Counted from the first letter of the stretch, positions 37,096 through 45,700 are shown. The stretch: 64,000 nt of DNA from an uncultured bacterium (GCA_963784355.1 CAWAQU010000007.1:19640-83639); one strand, 5' to 3'. Translations and numbers: made by a program. Notes: generated from the letters alone by a model not told the origin.

Positions 37096-37815
37096 TTAAG
37101 CAGATTGGTTTGTAATTTCAGGCTTTAAACTTATGATAGCAAGGAACATGGCCGCTTCAAACAATAAACCAATTATTAAAACAAATATAAACCAGCTTAA
37201 GATATCTTGAGAACCGAATAATGCAGTAAGTACAATAATTGCAAAATATATCTCTTTTCTCTTTGACTTTAAAGTACTGGCTGAAACAATTTTCATTTTA
37301 ATAAGACCAAATACAACTGTAGGTATTTGAAAAAACAAAATTGTGAATAGTGCGAGTGAAAAAACAAAGTTAGAGTATTCTGTTGAGGTAATTAAAAAAC
37401 TAGTATTTTTGGGAGCGAAGTTGATTAAAAAGTCAAATGTGCTAGGAATTAAAGAAAAATATGCATAGACCAGTGCTATAACTGTAAGGATTAGAGTACT
37501 TCCGCTATAATAATAAATTAACTTTTTTTCTTTTTCATTAAGTGCTTGAGCAATATAGCCCCAAAATATACTTACCAGAATAGGTAGAGTTATAATAGCG
37601 CCGGACAATACAACAACTTTAATCACAAAATTAAAGCTATCAGCCGGGGACAAAAAGTGAAGACTAAGGCCTTTACTTCTTAATGGCATTGTAAAAATAT
37701 CTATCAGTCTATCAGTATTAAAAGCAGCTATTAGGCTACCAAGTCCCCAAACTATAGCTATTTTTATTATTATTTTTTTTAAATCGTTTATATGCTCCCA
37801 AATATTTTCAGCCAT
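37096..37815 (-). CDS. tatC: twin-arginine translocase subunit TatC
   Basis: 239 aa with six TM helices. The N-terminus EHINDLKKIIIK matches the TatC HLxELRxRl start. Confidence 0.8.
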   Translation of the reverse strand: MAENIWEHINDLKKIIIKIAIVWGLGSLIAAFNTDRLIDIFTMPLRSKGLSLHFLSPADSFNFVIKVVVLSGAIITLPILVSIFWGYIAQALNEKEKKLIYYYSGSTLILTVIALVYAYFSLIPSTFDFLINFAPKNTSFLITSTEYSNFVFSLALFTILFFQIPTVVFGLIKMKIVSASTLKSKRKEIYFAIIVLTALFGSQDILSWFIFVLIIGLLFEAAMFLAIISLKPEITNQSA

Positions 37816-38030
37816 ATTGTGGTTATAATGTTAAATCACCTTTTCTAACTATCACGGTTTACTTATGTTTACTACAGTAATAATTTTGAAAGAAATACTC
37901 AATGATGCAATTAAGCAAAATACTTACAATCCAGGATGTTACCTTAGGGGCTTTGATGTCTATACCACTATCTTGATATACATATCTGTAGCCCCCAAAT
38001 GGTTCACCTGGAATAATAAATAAGTTGAAT

Positions 38031-40430
38031 TTATAATCCTGCTTTATCCAGACGACCCTGTAATGCTTCAATAACCTGGTCTTGTTTTTCTAACAAACTC
38101 TTCTGTTCCTTTACTGCCTCGACTAAAGCTCCAACCAAACCATTGTAATTAACTGATTTAGTTTGATCTTTATCAGCTGCTGTTTTAACTGCTTCTGGAA
38201 ATATTTTTTCTACGTCTTGAGCTAAGAGTCCGATTTGAGTAGATGTATCTTCACCATGATTTTCAGGATTTTTCCAGGTGTAGGTTACTCCTTTAAGAGA
38301 AGCAATTTTATCTAAGGCTGAAGTAATTGGTTTGATATTAGTTTTTAGCCTTTCATCAGAGTTTGGAGTAATAGTTCCAGTAGCTAAAATATTACCTACT
38401 ACGTGAAGTTTTTCGGTAGGAGCCTCAGTTCCAATACCAAATTTTCCATCTGGAGTAATTGTAGGTTGCGCGCGCAGGTAAATAATACGAGAAGACGTTC
38501 CCCAGCTTACTCCTGGTCCTAACTCTGGTGCGTGCCAAGCTACATATAAGGGTTGTCCTGCTGAATTCCAACCTGTTGCATATTTTGTAATTGCAATATC
38601 TCTTACTGAATTAGCAGCTTTTTGGAATTTACACCATACCTCATAAAGGTTAGATGTATTGGTTTGACCATTACAAGTAACAATATCTTCAGTAGATTCA
38701 AACTCACAACCATAAAAGGTGATTGATCCACCCCAAGCTGTAAACAATGCAGCTTTATCCGATCTAGGAGATAGGGGGCGAGTATCGTTAGCACTTTCAA
38801 CTACCTTCACACTTTCTAAATTAAAATATGCATAATCCCTTACCAGTACTCTAGAAACCTCCCGGTAAATTCCATTAAGGGAGCCAACATATTGTTGCAT
38901 ATCAAATGTGTAAGTTGCATTCTTAGTCATTTTGATTACAGGCATGGATCCACTTTGCTCAGGATTTTTCCTAATGTACAAATATTGTTCAGGAGATAAA
39001 TCAACAAAAGTATTCCAGGTGTACTCAGAATTAGTTTTTAAATACACTGTTAGTATAGCATATTTTTTTAAAAGCTTATTGATTTGTAAACCGAGATCCG
39101 TAGCTGTATCGTTAATAATTACTAATTTACTAGCCCATCTGGATTTGAGAAAATCAGCACTACTATTTAGGCTAACAATAGGAGCTCTTCCTTTAGTAAT
39201 ACTTGCCAAGTTGCCTATATCAATATTTGCTTCACTGCTGATACCAATAGGGCTCATGATGCCACTGTATGAAGTTTGGGAACTATAGGAATTACTATCA
39301 TCCCATATCGTCAGACCGTTATTTGATTTATATATCTTATATTGGGTACCGGCTGGAATATTTTGCTGGTAATTAAAAGGAGAATCAACGATAACTTCAG
39401 TATCAGAGTTAATACTCACAATACGGCGCGTGGAATAGATTACCCCTGCATCAGTAACTTTTGCTCCAGGACTAGTAAACCATGGAGTAGTATCTGTGTT
39501 TAATAGTACTTCTATAGTATCACCAATTTCTACTTCGCTTAAAAATTTAGTACCTGCACCAATGACTTTTTCCCATGATGTACTTACTGTACCAGAGACG
39601 TTAGGATTACTTTCAAGATTGAATTCCAATCCACTATTAGATACAGGCTCTCCAACAGATAAATTACCTGATGCACCAACAACAACTTTGCTTTTACCGT
39701 CAAATCCTTCAAATCCAGCAACAATGCCGGTATAGGTAAAGGCTCTGGCAGTACTATATCCATTTGGAATATATTCATAGGCTGAGTTAGTTACATTTAA
39801 ATTCCACTCACTTTGTTTATCGGATCCGTAATTACCAATCAAGCCGCGTGACATTTGCCCTGTACTTCCATTTAAGGAAATAAGTTGGGTAGTTTGATTA
39901 GAGATTACTATTAAATAACCAGCTTTTAATTGATTAAGATTATTGCCACTGATGTCTGCACCACTTGTAGTAATTGTACCAGGTCCTGTAGCTTTGGTGC
40001 CATAAAATGGTTGATTAATAAAAGCTTCAGTGTTACTAATCACTTTTGTAATAATTCTAGACTGTCCACCAGAGGTGATTACTGCTCCAGGCTGCAATTC
40101 TTCAACAAACTTTGTGCCCGTACCAATCAGTTTGATATCATCAGAAGTAACTTGTCCTGTTCCAGTACGCTGGTTTTGGATACTTTCCGCACGTTTTGTT
40201 GAATCAAAATTAACCCACTGGGTTCCGCTCCAGCGTTCAATCTTTCCAGTGTCGGAATTTATTCCAGTAAGACCTTCGTTATCGGCTCCAAGTCCGGTTG
40301 GCCTATTAGTAATTGACCAGATGTTGATACCACCTTTATTTGGATCACTAATTTGTTTTAAATAATCGTTTAAGATTTGTCCCCAGTTTCCATTGTCTTG
40401 ACCGGGAATTGGTAAGCGTTTTGTTGGCAT
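38031..40430 (-). CDS. phage tail-fibre/tailspike-like surface protein with a C-terminal intramolecular chaperone (peptidase S74-type) domain
   Basis: 799 aa. The C-terminus SDERLKTNIKPI...GVTYTWK...IGLLAQDVEKIFPEAV...NYNGLVGALVEAVKE plus a coiled coil matches the SDxRxK auto-cleaving chaperone of endosialidases and tail fibres. The N-terminus LPIPGQDNGNWGQILNDYL resembles tail-fibre N-termini. Confidence 0.75.
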   Translation of the reverse strand: MPTKRLPIPGQDNGNWGQILNDYLKQISDPNKGGINIWSITNRPTGLGADNEGLTGINSDTGKIERWSGTQWVNFDSTKRAESIQNQRTGTGQVTSDDIKLIGTGTKFVEELQPGAVITSGGQSRIITKVISNTEAFINQPFYGTKATGPGTITTSGADISGNNLNQLKAGYLIVISNQTTQLISLNGSTGQMSRGLIGNYGSDKQSEWNLNVTNSAYEYIPNGYSTARAFTYTGIVAGFEGFDGKSKVVVGASGNLSVGEPVSNSGLEFNLESNPNVSGTVSTSWEKVIGAGTKFLSEVEIGDTIEVLLNTDTTPWFTSPGAKVTDAGVIYSTRRIVSINSDTEVIVDSPFNYQQNIPAGTQYKIYKSNNGLTIWDDSNSYSSQTSYSGIMSPIGISSEANIDIGNLASITKGRAPIVSLNSSADFLKSRWASKLVIINDTATDLGLQINKLLKKYAILTVYLKTNSEYTWNTFVDLSPEQYLYIRKNPEQSGSMPVIKMTKNATYTFDMQQYVGSLNGIYREVSRVLVRDYAYFNLESVKVVESANDTRPLSPRSDKAALFTAWGGSITFYGCEFESTEDIVTCNGQTNTSNLYEVWCKFQKAANSVRDIAITKYATGWNSAGQPLYVAWHAPELGPGVSWGTSSRIIYLRAQPTITPDGKFGIGTEAPTEKLHVVGNILATGTITPNSDERLKTNIKPITSALDKIASLKGVTYTWKNPENHGEDTSTQIGLLAQDVEKIFPEAVKTAADKDQTKSVNYNGLVGALVEAVKEQKSLLEKQDQVIEALQGRLDKAGL
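38034..38360 (-). other. S74-type intramolecular chaperone autoprocessing domain (last 109 aa of the 799-aa protein)
   Basis: The Ser codon of SDERLK lies at 38358-38360. The conserved Ser...Lys dyad context is present. Confidence 0.7.
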
Positions 40431-40463
40431 ATATAATATATATTTTTTATATTTGTTTAATTA

Positions 40464-40492
40464 ATTATATACTACTTTTTTAAAGTGTGCAA
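40464..40492 (-). promoter_or_regulatory. promoter TTGCAC-17-TATAAT for the tail-fibre-like gene
   Basis: On the minus strand, TTGCAC at 40487-40492 and TATAAT at 40464-40469, about 34 nt upstream of the ATG at 40430. Confidence 0.55.
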
Positions 40493-40707
40493 GTCATAAT
40501 TAAGATTTTATATTAATAACAAATTTTAAAGCATTTAGTCTTCGATAAAGCCCGTAATACCTATATAAATAGCAAATAGATACAGGGCTAATTAGATAAA
40601 TTTTATCTTAAACATAGTATACAAAATATTTCAACTTTGCTAAATTTTACATAAAATATTGTTATATTCTATTGAATAAATTTGATATTTAATTACAGAT
40701 ATAATTT

Positions 40708-40736
40708 TTGTAATTTCTTTTTACCTTATGTAAAAT
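40708..40736 (+). promoter_or_regulatory. promoter TTGTAA-17-TAAAAT driving an unannotated plus-strand transcript
   Basis: TTGTAA at 40708-40713 and TAAAAT at 40731-40736. The -10/discriminator TAAAATATTGTTAT is repeated at 40652-40665. Confidence 0.4.
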
Positions 40737-41080
40737 ATTGTTATTTACCGGATGAATTTTTTAGGTATACTCGTCTAATAACAATTCCTGCCTCGATAGG
40801 GTTTTAGTTTGATTTAGGAATGGTTTATCCGCAGCTGAGTTTGACTAACAGCGATTGTACATTTGGCCGATTTATTAGTAGTTCAGAATACGTGGTTGCT
40901 TGCAACGAGGTTAAAACTGTAAGTTTTTGTTTCCAAAGCTTGCTTTGGTGCTTTGATTAAACTTATTATGTATTCGCTACCTTTTTATAAGAAAGATATT
41001 AAAATAAAATGACAGAGTGACCGTTGCAAAAGCTAAAGTTGTCTTTTATGCTAAATTTAAAATTACAAATTACAAGCTAG

Positions 41081-41109
41081 ACAAAAGAATACAACCCACG
41101 TGGGGTTGT
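41081..41109 (-). terminator. intrinsic terminator after the 41172-41930 gene
   Basis: Stem ACAACCC/GGGTTGT (41091-41109) with a 5-nt loop. On the minus strand it is followed by AUUCUUUUG. Confidence 0.65.
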
Positions 41110-41171
41110 ACTTGCTTTACCTTATAACGATTTGTTATAAATTAGAAGATTATAAAAGAATGAAAAAACTA

Positions 41172-41930
41172 TTACTTTATCTTTATATTGTTTACGCTTT
41201 TGTTCCTATTTTTTGACACAAAGAACATTATTCCAAGAACGCCTATAAATAACAAACCTAATAATAATATTGACCCTCCTCCTGTCCTCACCGTATCTAA
41301 TATGGGTTGAATTTTGGCAACATTAACTGTGCTAGCAGTATTTACTAACTCACCATTACCTAATTTAGCTTTTACAGGTATGGATTGTCCTGCAGTACTT
41401 CCTGTACTTACGTTAGTACATACAATATTGTTATTCTCAAGTGTGCAGTTATTACTTAAATTTGCGTCACCTATTGATATTCTTAATGGATTGGATGGAT
41501 CAAGTGTTTTACCTGCGGGTAATTGACCTGTACAAGTAGTCGTTGTATTTACTACTAAATTACTACCACAAGTGAAAACTAGAGTTGAAAGGTCCGCATC
41601 AGTTATGTAAACATTGCAGTCTCTATTATAAAAACTTTGATTATATTGGCCACAGCCATAACCAGAAATTACAGATTGATTGGCACCTGCATTTTCAAGT
41701 TGCTTGTAATAAAAAAATCCGCCAAAAGCTCCTAATATAATTGTTAGTAAAATGAAAAAGGAAACAGAAGTTTTATTCTTTTGCCAATATTGTTTCATTT
41801 TTGGAGTTAAGCTTAGGGCCTTTTGTTTCAACATATCAACAAAGAGTAAGGAAGTTGAATCTTTTTTTGACTTATTTTGGTTGCTTTTTAGCGATTTTTT
41901 TAAATCTCGCTTTGGATTTTCACTTTTCAT
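41172..41930 (-). CDS. Cys-rich surface protein anchored at both ends
   Basis: 252 aa. Basic N-terminus plus a TM (VSFFILLTIILGAFGGFFYY), an ectodomain with 8 Cys, and a C-terminal TVRTGGGSILLLGLLFIGVLGIMFFVSKNRNK, which has the hydrophobic-helix-plus-basic-tail shape of a sorting signal. Confidence 0.5.
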   Translation of the reverse strand: MKSENPKRDLKKSLKSNQNKSKKDSTSLLFVDMLKQKALSLTPKMKQYWQKNKTSVSFFILLTIILGAFGGFFYYKQLENAGANQSVISGYGCGQYNQSFYNRDCNVYITDADLSTLVFTCGSNLVVNTTTTCTGQLPAGKTLDPSNPLRISIGDANLSNNCTLENNNIVCTNVSTGSTAGQSIPVKAKLGNGELVNTASTVNVAKIQPILDTVRTGGGSILLLGLLFIGVLGIMFFVSKNRNKSVNNIKIK

Positions 41931-42013
41931 AATAATTGCTTTTGTTTTTATTAACTATAATAATCTTTAATTAATTTTAGTTGTGTATTTGATGAAGTGT
42001 TAAAAACTAAATA

Positions 42014-42217
42014 TTAATTTTTATCTTTATTTATAGTTTTCTCAGTATTACTGCCTAATGATTCTTGAGTATCAGCAAGCTCTTTTTTAAAAGATTTAAA
42101 TGCTTTACCTAAGCTTCCTGCTGTTTCTGGTAATTTATCTTTACCAAAGAATACTATAGCTAGAAAGCCTATAATTAGTAGTTCTGGTATACTTGGTCTT
42201 GGGAACATAATAAACAC
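42014..42217 (-). CDS. tatA: twin-arginine translocase subunit TatA, copy 1
   Basis: MFPRPSIPELLIIGFLAIVFFGKDKLPETAGSLGKAFKSFKKE is the TatA/E TM helix plus amphipathic helix. By analogy with copy 2, the likely start is the ATG at 42208. Confidence 0.85.
   Translation of the reverse strand: MFIMFPRPSIPELLIIGFLAIVFFGKDKLPETAGSLGKAFKSFKKELADTQESLGSNTEKTINKDKN
42054..42211 (-). repeat. 158-bp segment 100% identical to 42524-42681 (tatA 5' coding region)
   Basis: Base-by-base comparison of the two stretches. Identity ends at 42053/42523 and at 42212/42682. Confidence 0.9.
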
Positions 42218-42231
42218 TTAATTAAATTATT

Positions 42232-42402
42232 TTATATCCCATATGGTGTTTGTCCATAACCGGAAGTTGATTTAGATTTATCTTTTTCAAGATTTTTACT
42301 AAATAGTGTATTGATACCGCCGGTAGCAAAAACTACAAAGAACCCGGTTAAGATTTTCAAAAAACTTCTTCTGCTTATTTTTTTTGTTTGTGTGCTTGAC
42401 AT
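42232..42402 (-). CDS. 56-aa ORF with a perfect twin-arginine signal motif (SRRSFLK); below the ORF-track cut-off
   Basis: Hand translation gives MSSTQTKKISRRSFLKILTGFFVVFATGGINTLFSKNLEKDKSKSTSGYGQTPYGI, with ATG at 42400-42402 and TAA at 42232-42234. It lies between the two tatA genes on the same strand. Confidence 0.45.
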   Translation of the reverse strand: MSSTQTKKISRRSFLKILTGFFVVFATGGINTLFSKNLEKDKSKSTSGYGQTPYGI

Positions 42403-42438
42403 AAATATTTGTTTTTTGTTTGTGTGCTTGATTTATTA

Positions 42439-42678
42439 TTACTTAGCTAACTCTTTTGCAGAGTCTGCATTAATGCCTGCTTCTACTTTACTGTTATTTG
42501 ATTTAGCTTCATTGATTTGATGTCCTAATGATTCTTGAGTATCAGCAAGCTCTTTTTTAAAAGATTTAAATGCTTTACCTAAGCTTCCTGCTGTTTCTGG
42601 TAATTTATCTTTACCAAAGAATACTATAGCTAGAAAGCCTATAATTAGTAGTTCTGGTATACTTGGTCTTGGGAACAT
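42439..42678 (-). CDS. tatA: twin-arginine translocase subunit TatA, copy 2
   Basis: 79 aa. The first 52 aa are identical to copy 1; the C-terminal tail differs. Confidence 0.85.
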   Translation of the reverse strand: MFPRPSIPELLIIGFLAIVFFGKDKLPETAGSLGKAFKSFKKELADTQESLGHQINEAKSNNSKVEAGINADSAKELAK

Positions 42679-42681
42679 AAT
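42524..42681 (-). repeat. 158-bp segment 100% identical to 42054-42211
   Basis: See the partner repeat. The offset is 470 bp. Confidence 0.9.
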
Positions 42682-42730
42682 TGTATATTGTTATTTGTTT
42701 TTGTTAGTGTAAATTTACACCTATAGTAAT

Positions 42731-42759
42731 ATTATAACTCAGTTTTTTTGTTTATGCAA
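42731..42759 (-). promoter_or_regulatory. promoter TTGCAT-17-TATAAT for tatA copy 2
   Basis: On the minus strand, TTGCAT at 42754-42759 and TATAAT at 42731-42736, immediately downstream of the giant gene's stop. Confidence 0.55.
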
Positions 42760-42761
42760 GT

Positions 42762-45700
42762 TTACTGTATTTTTACAGTCTTCTCTTGAGAAAAGCTTAT
42801 ACTATCAAGAGTTTTCAGAGATTGTATTGTGGATTTAGGGGATTTGAACTCTCCTTTATTTATAACTCTTGCATAAAATACGATTGGTCCCTTACTCTCT
42901 TTACCAATACAAAAGCTTGTTTTTTGATTGTCGGTACTATATGGGTACCAGACTTCTTTGCTGTAAACCCATGCATCTCCGGGTGTTTTTGAGGTAGTTT
43001 TTAAGCCTGCAGGTAAATAGATAGAGGCTTCATAACAACTATTGTCGATTTTAGATTGATCTGCGACATAGTTAGCCTCTACTTTTACTAAATCAGCATC
43101 ATTTAATGAATTTGTTTCCTTATCATTTTGATAAAATTTTAGATCCAAATTTAAATCTTTATTGTTGGTAATGTCTTTGATTGGAGTTTGATAATTTGTA
43201 ACAATACCTAATTGTCCGCTAATGACTTTTAAATCTAATTTAGCTAGGTCCTGTGAGTTTATTTCAATGCTATAACTCTGGTTGTTTTCCAATTTTTTGG
43301 AGATATTTTGTTCGTTTTGTTTGAAATTAAATTCAACTTTTTGAGGTTTTTGATAATTTAGAATTGATTCAATGGTTTCAAGCTCAAGTCCGTAATAAAT
43401 ATTAGTTTTGGGTTGGTTAGCTAAATAGTATCGATATAGGTTTTTTGACTGATCCTCATTTAATTTTGCTCCAAGCAGGCTTTCAAGAAGAGTGTAATAG
43501 CTAATTTCATCAGGACTTTCTCCTATTTTTAAGCTAATGGACCTATCTTCCTTGATTTGATATTTGTTGAGTAAATCAGTGTAAATTTTTCTTGCGGCTT
43601 CTTTGTTTTCAGCTTCTATAAAAGCCAGAGCAGTAAATAGTTGCTCTTTAGGTGAAAGGTCTACAATGCCGGCGACTTCGTTGATTTGATTTAAAGCGTT
43701 GTCTTTTAGTTTACTTAAACCATACAATGCAATAATTTTACGTTCTCTAGACTCGTTTGGATCAGTAATTACTTTATTTAAATAACTTTTTAGGGTTTCA
43801 TTTTCAAATTTGTTTTTGCCTATTCCAATTGCATAGACACTTGTTTCCAGGTCTGGTGAGCTGTAAGGATAAATGGCCCAACCATTTGAAGGATTTTGGT
43901 AAAGTGTGTAGTCATTATTTGAGTTAATTGCGGCACTTTGGGTAAAGTATCGGTTTAAAAACTCAGTAGAAATGTCTCTAGCAAGTTTTTGATCTAACCT
44001 ATCGCCTGACTGATTTTGCAACTCGGTAAGTCTTTGGTAATATTCACTGCTTGTTTGGTTTTGGAAAGTTAGAGCAAGTTTTGTATTGTCAGAAACTTTG
44101 AATTTTTGGAGTTCTTCGGGGGTAAAGTACTTGACTTCAGTTTTAGTAATTTGGGGGCTTAAAACATTTATTTCTCTGGTTAGATTATCTACTTGATCAC
44201 CTGATTTCGCTGCAATATTGAATTTGTGTTTGCCGATCGGTAAGTTTGGTAGCTCAAAATCTACCGGGTTGCTGCCTTTTGATTCAACTATCTTGTTTTT
44301 AATGTTTAAACTCTCGGAATTTATCGTGAAATTTACAGACTGATCTGCAGGTAAATTTGTACCAAAACCCCTTAGCTTGATAGTCGGTTTGTCATTTTCA
44401 TAGTAAATATCATTGATTACGGCTGTTGCAAAAAATGGCTGTTTAACATTGATATTAATTTTCCCAGAATCTGCTTCTAGTTTTTCTGTAATTGCCTCAT
44501 AAGTAATTCTCCAAGATGTGAGATTATCTGGAAGTTGAAATTCCAACTTAGCTTTTCCTTGATTGTCAGCTTTGACTTGTTTAAAGATTGCAGTGTCCAG
44601 AAATTTGTCTCTAAGGCTAGTTCCGCCACCGTTACCTTGACCACCATCTCCAGTTTGGCTCATAAATACTTTGTGGGAAGCGTGTACAAACTCTAGTCCG
44701 GAATATAAATGCTTATATATATCCTCAAGTATATTTGGTTCATTTGGAGAATACTGCATGATAGCTTCGTCTACAACTGAGATATTGACATTTGCTTCAA
44801 TAGGATTATTTTCTTGGTTTTTTACGTCAATATCAAGCTTAACTGTATCTTTTGGTTTGTATTCTTTTTTGTCTGGAGTTACGCTGATTTTTAATTTGCG
44901 GCTTTCTTTCTCAAATTCTAAGTTCCCAACCCCCGTTATGTTAAAGGTATTACCATCGAAATAAACTCCAAGAAGGTTCATATTTGGTACAGAGTTTTCT
45001 TCAAATTTTAGTTCAAAATTAGGGTTGTTTTGTAATTTGTAGGATTTTTGACCATTTTGTAAATAACTTACCAAAAATTGATTTTGTTTGGTTTCAATTA
45101 ACTCAGGTCCTTCAATCGGTTGTATTTTAAATTTTGCAGTTTCACCAATTTTATATTTTTTCTCTTCCATTTTTAGTGTGTAAATCATGTCTTTGGCTGT
45201 ATAACCGCTTCCAGAATTTACTGTGCCGTATAAACCTCTTTTGAATTCAATTGGGCTGCCATCTTTGTCTGTGGTCTCAATATTAATGTCAAAATTGTGT
45301 GTTGGATCGACCGGGAAATCAAGATTTATAAGTCCCTCTGTATTTGTACTTGGGCTGAAACTTTTTTGGCCTACATACACACGGTTGTAACTATAATTAT
45401 TTACGGTTTTTTTACTGATCAAGTCATAATATTGGCCGCTAACATAGCGCTCATATTTATATTCAAAAAGTGTGATTTTTACTTTTTTATTAGCAACTGA
45501 CACTCCTTTGAAATCTTTATCATCTTTCGCTGTGCCGTTATTTATTTTGCTTAAATCAATTTCATTAAGTCCGATTTTTATTGTGCCCTTATTTTGTTTA
45601 ATTTCGGAATTTATATCCACGTAAGTTTTATTATCAAAGTAAAGCACGTTTTGGTATAAAGCACTATCAAACTCCTCAGAAAGTGCGGGGGTAATAGTTA

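Noticed and set aside
37859-38071. 70-aa minus-strand ORF between tatC and the tail-fibre-like gene
   Set aside because: It overlaps the 3' end of the 799-aa gene by 41 nt in another frame and has an odd composition. It is kept as unsupported. The 215-bp spacer may simply be non-coding.
38031-40430. Possibility that the tail-fibre-like gene marks an intact prophage
   Set aside because: No integrase, terminase, portal, capsid, tape-measure or lysis genes are visible anywhere in the 64-kb window. The flanks are tat genes.
40745-40960. Known housekeeping ncRNAs (tmRNA, RNase P RNA, SRP RNA, 6S) in the ORF-free block
   Set aside because: None of the diagnostic motifs I know is present on either strand. 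The motifs checked were GAGGAAAGUCC (RNase P P4), a tRNA-like CCA end with GGGG at the 5' end (tmRNA), and the SRP domain IV GGAA/AGCAGC motif.
42311-42520. 69-aa plus-strand ORF across the tatA spacer
   Set aside because: It is antisense to the RR mini-ORF and to tatA copy 2. Its product is low-complexity and rich in Phe, Leu and Cys.
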